A stretch of 37,218 nt of DNA, from positions 19,217 to 56,434 of the forward strand of contig PCWU01000051.1 in assembly GCA_002787455.1 (NCBI GenBank), read 5' to 3'. Below, one piece after another: positions 1 to 8,831 of the stretch. Source of the DNA: Gallionellaceae bacterium CG11_big_fil_rev_8_21_14_0_20_60_62. GTDB lineage: Bacteria > Pseudomonadota > Gammaproteobacteria > Burkholderiales > Gallionellaceae. The position numbers were made by a program, and so were the translations under genes. The notes under the pieces were generated by a model. That model saw only the letters and a list, made by a program, of their open reading frames with translations. It made no database searches and had not been told where the DNA came from. Each line of letters starts with the position of its first letter. Positions within the stretch are counted from its first letter, which is position 1.

Positions 1-1
1 C

Positions 2-826
2 AAGCGCAATGTGCCGGAGGGACTTTGGTTCAAGTGCCCGGATTGTCAGGCGGTGCTGTATCACGCCGACCTGGAAAAGAACCTCAGCGTCTGTCCGAAA
101 TGCAACCATCACCATCGCATCACGGCGCGCACCCGCCTCGATTGGTTGCTGGACGGTGAAGGACGGTTCGAGATCGGGGCGGAGATATTGCCGGTCGATA
201 CGCTCAAGTTCAAGGATCAGAAGAAATACACCGAGCGTCTGGCTGCCTCCAAGAAAACTACGGGCGAAGACGATGCGCTGATCGTGATGCAGGGCAGCGT
301 TCATGCGCTGCCGGTTGTCGCCGCCGCGTTTGAGTTCAGTTTCATGGGCGGCTCGATGGGATCGGTGGTCGGCGAGCGTTTCGTGCGCGGTGTGCAAGTC
401 GCGCTGGAGCAGCAGTGCCCCTTCGTCTGCTTTGCCGCCAGCGGCGGAGCGCGCATGCAGGAAGGTCTGTTGTCGCTGATGCAGATGGCCAAGACCAGCG
501 CCGCGCTCACGCAACTGAGCGAAGCCAGGCTGCCATTCATCTCCGTGCTCACCGACCCGACCATGGGCGGCGTCTCCGCCAGCTTCGCCTTCCTTGGCGA
601 TGTGGTCATCGCCGAACCCGGTGCGCTGATCGGTTTCGCCGGTGCGCGCGTGATCCAGCAGACCGTGCGCGAGACCCTGCCGGATGGTTTTCAGCGCGCC
701 GAGTTTCTGCTTGAGCATGGCCACGTCGACATGATCGTCGATCGCCGCCGGATGCGCGACCAACTGGTGACACTGATCACCCTGTTGACCAAACAGGATG
801 CGGCGACGAAGCTGGAAGCGGCGTAA
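2..826 (+). CDS. accD: Acetyl-CoA carboxylase carboxyltransferase beta subunit (5' end outside the window)
   Basis: Frame open from base 2 ([15 protein letters not shown]...CPKC zinc finger); [29 protein letters not shown] motifs; precedes folC. Confidence 0.97.
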   Translation, partial: KRNVPEGLWFKCPDCQAVLYHADLEKNLSVCPKCNHHHRITARTRLDWLLDGEGRFEIGAEILPVDTLKFKDQKKYTERLAASKKTTGEDDALIVMQGSVHALPVVAAAFEFSFMGGSMGSVVGERFVRGVQVALEQQCPFVCFAASGGARMQEGLLSLMQMAKTSAALTQLSEARLPFISVLTDPTMGGVSASFAFLGDVVIAEPGALIGFAGARVIQQTVRETLPDGFQRAEFLLEHGHVDMIVDRRRMRDQLVTLITLLTKQDAATKLEAA

Positions 827-842
827 TGACACGTAAGGCGAT

Positions 843-946
843 CACCACAGAGACACAGAGACACAGAGGAATAGCCTTGCCTTCCACCCCGGGCTTCTGT
901 GGTGTGTCGGTTTTTGTCTCCTCGGTGCTTCTGTGTCTCTGTGGTG
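843..946. repeat. Inverted-repeat element with arms of tandem 8-bp CACAGAGA units
   Basis: Left arm CACCACAGAGACACAGAGACACAGAGGA (843-870) matches the reverse complement of 919-946 at 25/28; extra partial arm CTTCTGTGGTG at 894-904. Confidence 0.9.
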
Positions 947-963
947 TGTATTAGGTTTTTTTT

Positions 964-2274
964 GTGGAATCTCGAACACTTCCCGACTGGCTGACCCACC
1001 TCGAATCGCTGCATCCCAAAACGATTGCGCTCGGCTTGGAGCGCGTGGCGCAAGTCAGGCAGCGGCTCAATCTTCATCCTGATTTCCCCGTTATCGTCGT
1101 CGGCGGCACCAACGGCAAAGGCTCGGTGTGCGCGATGCTGGAAGCCATTCTGCACGCCGCCGGATACAAGGTCGGCTGTTATACCTCGCCGCATCTGCTG
1201 GATTACAACGAGCGGGTGCGAATCGCCAAACAACAGGCAAGTGATGCGGAGTTGTGTGCTTCATTCGAAAGAATTGAACAGGCGCGCGTAGGTCGGGCTT
1301 CAGCCCGACTGGATGATGTCGGGCTGAAGCCCGACCTACAGCTTACCTACTTTGAATTCGGCACGCTGGCGGCGATGCAGCTTTTTATCGAGCACAAGGT
1401 GGATGTCGTCATCCTTGAAGTGGGACTGGGCGGCAGACTGGATGCGGTGAACGTGTTCGATGCCGACGTTTCGGTGGTAACCAGCGTGGACATCGATCAC
1501 ATTGATTATCTTGGCGAGACACGCGAGCAGATCGCGTTTGAAAAGGCTGGCATCTTCCGCCGGGGGCGCGTGGCGATCTGCGCCGACAGCGATGTGCCGC
1601 AGGCGATAAGCAAACATGCACAGGAGATCGGCGCCGAATTGTGGTGCATGGCCAGTGAATTTGGTTTTAGGGCACATCAGGGGCAATGGGATTTCTTTGG
1701 CCAATCCGGTGAACGCCATGCCATGCCAGTGCCGGCTTTGCGCGGCGCGTTCCAGTTGCACAACGCGAGTGCGGCATTGGCCGCTCTGGATGCTTTGAGG
1801 GATTGTTTGCCGGTGAATATGGAAGCAGTGCGGCGGGGACTGGTTGAGGTGGAGCTTCCCGGCCGTTTCCAGTTTGTGCCGGGGCAACCGCAGTTGATTC
1901 TCGATGTGGCGCACAACCCTCATGCGGCGCGTTCGCTGGCGCAGAACCTGGCCAATCTGCCGCCGGCGAAAACGTTTGCGGTGTTCGCCATGCTCAAGGA
2001 CAAGGATGTGGCCGGGGTGGTTGCGGCGCTGGACGCGCATATTGATGTGTGGCTGGTCGCCGGGATCGATGCGCCGCGCGGCGCGACGGCGGCGGAACTG
2101 CGGCGGGTTCTGGAAAAACAGGGGGTGCGAGGCGAGATCGTGACCTGTTTGGCCATCGCGAATGCCCTGTATGAGGCCGGCAATCGCGCATGTGAAAATG
2201 ATAGAATCGCAGCCCTTGGATCATTCTATACGGTAGCGGAAGTGATGCGGCTGCGCGGTGTGCGTGGCGCTTGA
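964..2274 (+). CDS. folC: Bifunctional folylpolyglutamate synthase/dihydrofolate synthase with an in-frame REP doublet
   Basis: GTNGKGS P-loop, YTSPHL, LTYFEFGTLAA, LEVGLGGRLDAVN, DVAHNPHAA; accD-folC-dedD-cvpA-purF synteny; GTG start. Confidence 0.97.
   Translation: MESRTLPDWLTHLESLHPKTIALGLERVAQVRQRLNLHPDFPVIVVGGTNGKGSVCAMLEAILHAAGYKVGCYTSPHLLDYNERVRIAKQQASDAELCASFERIEQARVGRASARLDDVGLKPDLQLTYFEFGTLAAMQLFIEHKVDVVILEVGLGGRLDAVNVFDADVSVVTSVDIDHIDYLGETREQIAFEKAGIFRRGRVAICADSDVPQAISKHAQEIGAELWCMASEFGFRAHQGQWDFFGQSGERHAMPVPALRGAFQLHNASAALAALDALRDCLPVNMEAVRRGLVEVELPGRFQFVPGQPQLILDVAHNPHAARSLAQNLANLPPAKTFAVFAMLKDKDVAGVVAALDAHIDVWLVAGIDAPRGATAAELRRVLEKQGVRGEIVTCLAIANALYEAGNRACENDRIAALGSFYTVAEVMRLRGVRGA
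1288..1339. repeat. GTAG-type REP doublet (REPIN-like) inside folC
   Basis: GTAGGTCGGGCTTCAGCCCGAC (1288-1309), 8-bp spacer, then the perfect reverse complement GTCGGGCTGAAGCCCGACCTAC (1318-1339); each unit is itself a hairpin. Confidence 0.93.
2199..2207 (+). promoter_or_regulatory. Possible extended -10 (TG-A-TAGAAT) internal promoter for dedD-cvpA-purF
   Basis: TGATAGAAT inside the folC 3' end, ~85 bp before the dedD ATG; motif match only. Confidence 0.35.
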
Positions 2275-2290
2275 GCTTTTCGATTCGACT

Positions 2291-2887
2291 ATGGCAAAAC
2301 AAATCACGACCGACGGCGAATTTACCTTACGGCGCCAGGCCAGACGCCGGCTGATCGGCGCAATTGCGCTGATGCTTGGCGTTGTTATTTTTCTGCCCAT
2401 GATATTCGACCCGGATCCGGCATCGACCGCGGTCGGCGACATCGAATTGCGCATCCCAGAACGGACGGAGGTGGCGCCTGTGCCGCAGGCGGCGCAGGAG
2501 GGGGCGCCAAAAGTTGAACTTGCCGTGCCGGACGAAAAACCCGTTCCAGTCGAGTTCCCCGTCGAGACTGCCATTGCGCCAGTGACGGCCCCGCCCGCCA
2601 AAATCGAGACGACTGTCAAACGCGAGACGTACGTTCCTCCGGCTCCCGCGAAGGTGCCGGGCAAACCTTCCGGCTGGGTGGTGCAGGTCGGTGCCTATTC
2701 AAAAGAAGAAGCGGCCAAACAGATGGTGGACAACCTGAAAAAGCGCGGCTACCCGGTCTATACCGAGCGCGCCGGCAGCATGTTGCGCGTGCGGGTGGGA
2801 CATTATCCGGACAGGAAGGCAGCCGAAAAGACACTTCGCAAGCTGGAAGCCATCGGTTTGCACCCGAATGTGCTCAGTCCGGAATAA
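2291..2887 (+). CDS. dedD: SPOR-domain cell division protein DedD
   Basis: ARRRLIGAIAL plus TM helix, Pro/Ala-rich linker, C-terminal SPOR domain (WVVQVGAYS...RVRVG); lies between folC and cvpA; ATG 2291 chosen over the upstream GTG that overlaps folC. Confidence 0.9.
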   Translation: MAKQITTDGEFTLRRQARRRLIGAIALMLGVVIFLPMIFDPDPASTAVGDIELRIPERTEVAPVPQAAQEGAPKVELAVPDEKPVPVEFPVETAIAPVTAPPAKIETTVKRETYVPPAPAKVPGKPSGWVVQVGAYSKEEAAKQMVDNLKKRGYPVYTERAGSMLRVRVGHYPDRKAAEKTLRKLEAIGLHPNVLSPE

Positions 2888-2893
2888 GCGCGC

Positions 2894-3373
2894 ATGTCGG
2901 TCTTTGATATTGCGGTGTTGGTGATTATTGCCCTGTCGGCTGTGCTCGGCTGGTGGCGCGGGTTTATGTACGAGCTGTTTTCCCTGCTTGGCTGGGTGGC
3001 GGCGTATATCGTGGCGCGCACTTCATCGGCGCAACTGCTGCCCTACATTCCGTTGGCGATTGCGGATCCTGGCCTGCGCGGGGCAACCGCTTTTGCCGCC
3101 ATGTTTATTGCTATCCTGATCGTGGCGGCGATTTTTGCCTGGTTTCTGTCGAAACTGGCCAAGTTTGCCGGTCTGGCCGGGCTGGACGGCAAATTTGGCG
3201 CAATGTTCGGTGTCGCGCGCGGGGTGCTGCTGGTGCTGGCGCTGGTGTGGCTGGGCGGCCTGACCAGTCTGCCGCAGCAATCCTGGTGGAAGAACGCCTG
3301 GAGCAGCAAACCCCTGCAGCAGGCGGCGCAATATGCGAAAGAATATGTGCCGACAGATATCGTGCCAAAGTAA
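2894..3373 (+). CDS. cvpA: CvpA (colicin V production) family membrane protein
   Basis: RGF..E..SL..W motif, LDGKFGAMFGVARG, four hydrophobic segments; directly upstream of purF. Confidence 0.93.
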   Translation: MSVFDIAVLVIIALSAVLGWWRGFMYELFSLLGWVAAYIVARTSSAQLLPYIPLAIADPGLRGATAFAAMFIAILIVAAIFAWFLSKLAKFAGLAGLDGKFGAMFGVARGVLLVLALVWLGGLTSLPQQSWWKNAWSSKPLQQAAQYAKEYVPTDIVPK

Positions 3374-3406
3374 TCCGACAAAATTTATCTTAAAGCGGGA
3401 AAGACC

Positions 3407-4933
<1,527 letters not shown>

Positions 4934-4937
4934 GCGA

Positions 4938-4967
4938 TTGACAGTGCATGGCGGACAGTGCTAATTT
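4938..4967 (+). promoter_or_regulatory. Sigma70 promoter for the metZ leader
   Basis: TTGACA (4938-4943), 18-bp spacer, TG-C-TAATTT extended -10 (hexamer 4962-4967), just before the riboswitch. Confidence 0.65.
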
Positions 4968-4972
4968 TCACC

Positions 4973-5024
4973 CGCGCCGATTTGAGGAACAGCTTGCGGG
5001 CGCATTACAAATACAGCTAAAGCG
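4973..5024 (+). ncRNA. SAM-II (SAM_alpha-like) riboswitch aptamer
   Basis: GCGCC-GATTT...CTTGC-G-GGCGC...AAATACAGCTAAAG: P1 GCGCC/GGCGC, ATTT/AAAT pseudoknot pairing and the AGCTAAA tail match the SAM-II pattern; upstream of a methionine gene. Confidence 0.85.
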
Positions 5025-5028
5025 GGGG

Positions 5029-5066
5029 AACCCGGTTTGGCGCTAAGCTTTCCGGGTTTTTGTTTT
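5029..5066 (+). terminator. Intrinsic terminator-like hairpin between the aptamer and metZ
   Basis: AACCCGG (5029-5035) / CCGGGTT (5052-5058) followed by TTTGTTTT. Confidence 0.6.
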
Positions 5067-5077
5067 GAGGAGCAATC

Positions 5078-6256
5078 ATGTCGGATAAAAATTCTTATCA
5101 GCCGGAGACCGTGGCAGTGCGCGCGGGGAGCGAGCACAGCCAGTTCCACGAGCACAGCGAGGCGTTATTCCTGACTTCAAGCTTCACCTTCGACAGCGCG
5201 CAGCAGGCGGCGAAGCGCTTCATCGGCGAAGAGCAGGGCAACATCTATTCGCGCTTTACCAATCCCACCGTCACCATGTTCGAGCAGCGCCTGGCTGCGC
5301 TGGAAGGCGCGGAACAATGCGTGGCGACAGCGAGCGGCATGGCCGCGATTCTCTCGACCTGCATGGGGTTGTTGCAGGCGGGTGACCATCTGGTCGCGTC
5401 GCAGAGCATCTTCGGCTCGACAGTGAACATGTTTAACAACGTGTTCAAAAAATTCGGCGTGGAGACGACCTTCGTTTCCGCCACCGATCCCGCGCAATGG
5501 CAGGCGGCGGCGCGCCCGAACACAAAACTGTTTTTTCTGGAAACACCGTCCAATCCGCTCACCGAGATTTCCGACATTGCGGCGATTGCCGCCTTCGCGA
5601 AGCAATGTGGCGCGTTGCTGGCGGTGGATAATTGCTTCTGCACGCCTATCCTGCAACGCCCGCTGGAATTCGGCGCGGACATCATCATCCATTCCGCCAC
5701 CAAGTACATCGACGGCCAGGGCCGCGTGCTGGGCGGTGCGGTGCTGGGCAGCAAAAAACTGATGGAGCCGGTGTACAGTTTCCTGCGCACCGCCGGGCCG
5801 ACCATGAGCGCGTTCAACGCATGGGTGTTCCTGAAAGGGCTGGAAACCCTGAAGCTGCGCATGGATGCGCACAGCGCCAACGCTTTGCAACTGGCGCAAT
5901 GGTTGGAGAAACAGCCTAATGTGGCGCGCGTGTTGTATCCCGGTCTGCCGTCGCATCCGCAGCATGCGCTGGCGATGAAACAGCAAAAGACCGGCGGCGG
6001 CATCGTGGCGTTCGATGTGAAGGGCGGCAGGGACGCTGCCTGGCGCGTGATCGACAACACAAGGATGCTGTCCATCACCGCCAATCTGGGCGACACCAAG
6101 ACCACCATCACCCATCCGGCGACGACAACGCACGCCCGCATCTCGCCGGAAGCGCGCGCGGCGGCGGGCATCAGCGATGGCTTGATCCGCATCGCGGTCG
6201 GGCTGGAAGCGGTGTTGGATATTCAGAACGACTTGGCGCGGGGGCTGGGTAATTAA
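5078..6256 (+). CDS. metZ: O-succinylhomoserine sulfhydrylase
   Basis: EHSEALFLTSSF, YSRFTNPTV, ETPSNP, HSATKYIDGQGR (PLP Lys), ANLGDTKTTITHPATTTH; GAGGAG RBS. Confidence 0.95.
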   Translation: MSDKNSYQPETVAVRAGSEHSQFHEHSEALFLTSSFTFDSAQQAAKRFIGEEQGNIYSRFTNPTVTMFEQRLAALEGAEQCVATASGMAAILSTCMGLLQAGDHLVASQSIFGSTVNMFNNVFKKFGVETTFVSATDPAQWQAAARPNTKLFFLETPSNPLTEISDIAAIAAFAKQCGALLAVDNCFCTPILQRPLEFGADIIIHSATKYIDGQGRVLGGAVLGSKKLMEPVYSFLRTAGPTMSAFNAWVFLKGLETLKLRMDAHSANALQLAQWLEKQPNVARVLYPGLPSHPQHALAMKQQKTGGGIVAFDVKGGRDAAWRVIDNTRMLSITANLGDTKTTITHPATTTHARISPEARAAAGISDGLIRIAVGLEAVLDIQNDLARGLGN

Positions 6257-6275
6257 TATGCAACAAAAGGCAAAA

Positions 6276-6361
6276 TTAGCCACAGAGAACACAGAGTTCA
6301 CAGAGAAAAGCGCGGACAGGTTTCTGTTTTCCTTTACGGCCTCTGTGATCTCTGTGGCTAA
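6276..6361. repeat. Inverted-repeat element with arms of tandem 9-bp CACAGAGnn units
   Basis: TTAGCCACAGAGAACACAGAG (6276-6296) matches the reverse complement of 6341-6361 at 20/21; three 9-bp units on the left arm. Confidence 0.9.
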
Positions 6362-6374
6362 AAGGTTTTAACAG

Positions 6375-6866
6375 ATGGATGTGCTGGCTGCACAGGTTGG
6401 AGGCGCGCTCAAGGCGTATGGGTTGATGCTGGCGACGGCGGAATCGTGCACCGGCGGCGGGGTGGCGCAGGCGATTACCGGCATCGCGGGGAGTTCTGCC
6501 TGGTTTGAGCGCGGTTTCATCACCTATTCCAATCAGTCGAAACAGCAAATGTTGGGCGTGGCGGAAGCGACGTTGATCGGCCATGGTGCAGTGTCCGAAG
6601 TGACGGTGCGCGCGATGGCGGCGGGCGCGCTGGAACACAGTGCGGCGCAGGTGGCGTTGGCGGTAAGTGGCATCGCCGGGCCGGACGGCGGCACGCCGGA
6701 CAAGCCGGTCGGCACGGTCTGGTTCGCTTGGGGAATCAGACACGGCGCGACGTTTGCTTGTTTGCACCACTTGTCCGGCAACCGTGCCGAAGTGCGCGCG
6801 CAGGCAGTGCGGATTGCGCTGCAGGGGGTGTTGGCGCTCTTGCAGCAGACAACTGCCAGCGCCTGA
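6375..6866 (+). CDS. pncC: CinA C-terminal domain protein / NMN deamidase PncC
   Basis: TAESCTGG, GSSAWFERGFITYSN, GAVSE, SGIAGPDGGTPDKPVGTVW; upstream of recA. Confidence 0.92.
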   Translation: MDVLAAQVGGALKAYGLMLATAESCTGGGVAQAITGIAGSSAWFERGFITYSNQSKQQMLGVAEATLIGHGAVSEVTVRAMAAGALEHSAAQVALAVSGIAGPDGGTPDKPVGTVWFAWGIRHGATFACLHHLSGNRAEVRAQAVRIALQGVLALLQQTTASA

Positions 6867-6867
6867 C

Positions 6868-7006
6868 GGGCACCGCTAATAATCCAAATTTCGTCGCAAT
6901 ACAGCGTTGCTCTCAAAAATTACTCTTTACATATCATGCATATGCTGCGTCGCAATTTTTTGCTCGCGCCTGGTCTTGCTTGGAACTTTGAATTATTAGA
7001 GGCCCC
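6868..7006. mobile_element. MITE-like nested-hairpin element with terminal inverted repeats
   Basis: CTAATAATCCAAATTTC (6876-6892) matches the reverse complement of 6983-6999 at 15/17; GGG.../...CCC ends; inner pairs AAAAATT/AATTTTT and CATAT/ATATG; AT-rich, non-coding. Mobility is inferred. Confidence 0.7.
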
Positions 7007-7018
7007 TGAAATCACTTA

Positions 7019-7032
7019 AGAACGAACGTTCT
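7019..7032. promoter_or_regulatory. Putative non-canonical LexA (SOS) box GAAC-N4-GTTC
   Basis: AGAAC-GAAC-GTTCT with palindromic half-sites, ~57 bp upstream of the recA ATG and next to the expected -35 region (candidate -10 CACAAT at 7055-7060). Confidence 0.8.
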
Positions 7033-7088
7033 GTACAACTCCAAATTGCTGTGCCACAATCTGCCACCATTTTTTGAAAGGGAACACC

Positions 7089-8111
7089 ATGGATGACAAC
7101 AAAAGCAAGGCGCTCGCGGCGGCATTGAGCCAGATCGAAAAACAGTTCGGCAAGGGCTCCATCATGCGTCTGGGCGAGGGCGAGGTAATCAAGGATATCG
7201 AGGTGGTGTCCACAGGCTCGCTGGGGCTGGACATCGCGCTGGGCGTCGGCGGTCTCCCGCGCGGCCGCGTAATCGAGATTTACGGTCCTGAATCCTCCGG
7301 CAAAACTACGCTAACCCTGCAAGTCATCGCGGAGATGCAGAAGCTGGGTGGCACGGCGGCCTTCATCGATGCCGAACATGCGCTCGATCCGCTTTACGCG
7401 CAGAAGCTTGGCGTCAAAGTGGAAGACCTGCTGATTTCGCAGCCGGACAATGGCGAGCAGGCGCTGGAAATCGTCGATATGCTGGTGCGTTCCGGCTCGG
7501 TGGATATTGTGGTGGTGGACTCGGTTGCCGCGCTGACCCCGCGTGCCGAAATCGAGGGCGAGATGGGCGATGCGCAGATGGGATTGCACGCGCGCCTGAT
7601 GTCGCAAGCCTTGCGCAAACTCACCGCCAACATCAATCGCTCCAAAACCATGGTCATCTTCATCAACCAGATCCGCATGAAGATCGGTGTGATGTTCGGC
7701 AATCCGGAAACCACCACCGGCGGCAATGCACTCAAGTTTTATGCTTCCGTGCGCCTCGACATTCGTCGCACCGGCGCGATCAAAAAAGGCGACGAGGTCA
7801 TCGGCAACGAGACGCGCGTTAAAGTGGTGAAGAACAAGGTCGCGCCGCCGTTCAAGGAAGCACATTTTGATATCCTGTACGGAGAAGGCATTTCGCGCGA
7901 AGGTGAGATCGTTGAGTTGGGCGTGCAGAACAAGATCGTCGAGAAATCGGGCGCCTGGTACGCCTACAACGGCGAGAAGATCGGCCAGGGCAAGGACAAC
8001 GCGCGCGAATACCTGCGCAATAATCCGGAGATTGCGGTCGAGATAGAAAACAAGGTGAGGGCGGCGCTTGGCGTTGCCGCCCTGGGCGCCGGTGAAGGCG
8101 AAAAAGCCTGA
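7089..8111 (+). CDS. recA: Recombinase RecA
   Basis: GPESSGKTT Walker [47 protein letters not shown]; ATG 7089 after AAAGGG. Confidence 0.99.
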   Translation: MDDNKSKALAAALSQIEKQFGKGSIMRLGEGEVIKDIEVVSTGSLGLDIALGVGGLPRGRVIEIYGPESSGKTTLTLQVIAEMQKLGGTAAFIDAEHALDPLYAQKLGVKVEDLLISQPDNGEQALEIVDMLVRSGSVDIVVVDSVAALTPRAEIEGEMGDAQMGLHARLMSQALRKLTANINRSKTMVIFINQIRMKIGVMFGNPETTTGGNALKFYASVRLDIRRTGAIKKGDEVIGNETRVKVVKNKVAPPFKEAHFDILYGEGISREGEIVELGVQNKIVEKSGAWYAYNGEKIGQGKDNAREYLRNNPEIAVEIENKVRAALGVAALGAGEGEKA

Positions 8112-8562
8112 GCTGACATTGCGGGTTCGCGCCATGCGCTATCTGGCGCGGCGCGAACACAGCCGCGCCGAACTGCAGGCCAAGTTGTCGCCCCATGTGC
8201 AGGAAGGTGAAGATCTCGATGAGGTGCTGGACGATCTGGAAAAGCGCAACTGGCTGTCCGACGCGCGCGCTGCCGCGCAACTGGTTGAGATTAAACGTGG
8301 TCGCTTCGGCACGCAGCGTATCGCGCACGAGCTGCGCATGAAGGGAATCGACGAGAATCTGATAGACGAAGCGTTGCCGCAACTGAAAGCCACCGAACTC
8401 GACGCGGCACGCGAGGTGTGGCAACGCAAGTTTGCTTCACTACCCCGGGACGCCAAAGCAAAAGCGCGCCAGATACGATTTCTGCAATCGCGCGGTTTCT
8501 CCGTCGAAGTCATCCTCAAAGTGTTGAAATCTGCCGCCGCCGGCATTGACGACGAAGGCTGA
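8092..8562 (+). CDS. recX: Recombination regulator RecX (start uncertain)
   Basis: [30 protein letters not shown]; overlaps the recA 3' end. Confidence 0.93.
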   Translation: MKAKKPELTLRVRAMRYLARREHSRAELQAKLSPHVQEGEDLDEVLDDLEKRNWLSDARAAAQLVEIKRGRFGTQRIAHELRMKGIDENLIDEALPQLKATELDAAREVWQRKFASLPRDAKAKARQIRFLQSRGFSVEVILKVLKSAAAGIDDEG

Positions 8563-8650
8563 GAGCCATGCCTGAATAGCCTGCCAAATGGTATGATTCG
8601 CGCCGTGATGCCGCCTGCAAGGCGGTGTGTTTAACCAGGGGAAAGCAGTT

Positions 8651-8781
8651 GCCCGCAGATTACACAGATTACGCAGATTTCCACAGATAAAACAACAAGA
8701 ACCACTGGATCAGCTTACTCACCTTTGGCGTGGTCCGGCACTCATTCTGGATCACCGGAAAATTTGCGTTAATCTGCTGGC
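8651..8781. repeat. Inverted-repeat element with arms of tandem 9-bp CRCAGATTA units
   Basis: Left: CGCAGATTA CACAGATTA CGCAGATTT C CACAGATAA (8654-8690); right arm AAATTTGCGTTAATCTGCTGGC, terminal 12 bp match at 11/12. Confidence 0.8.
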
Positions 8782-8831
8782 TGAACTGCGTTTTTAAGGT
8801 TTATTGAACAATCATGGCTAGCGGTGATCCG

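Noticed and set aside
691-1233. Minus-strand ORFs with Cys-rich segments (SVSLCLCG here; LCELCVLCG in ORF 6276-6770)
   Set aside because: These are translations of the periodic repeat arms and overlap real genes antisense.
7007-7088. Canonical CTGT-N8-ACAG LexA box
   Set aside because: CTGT half-sites occur (7031, 7049) but have no ACAG partner at the right spacing.
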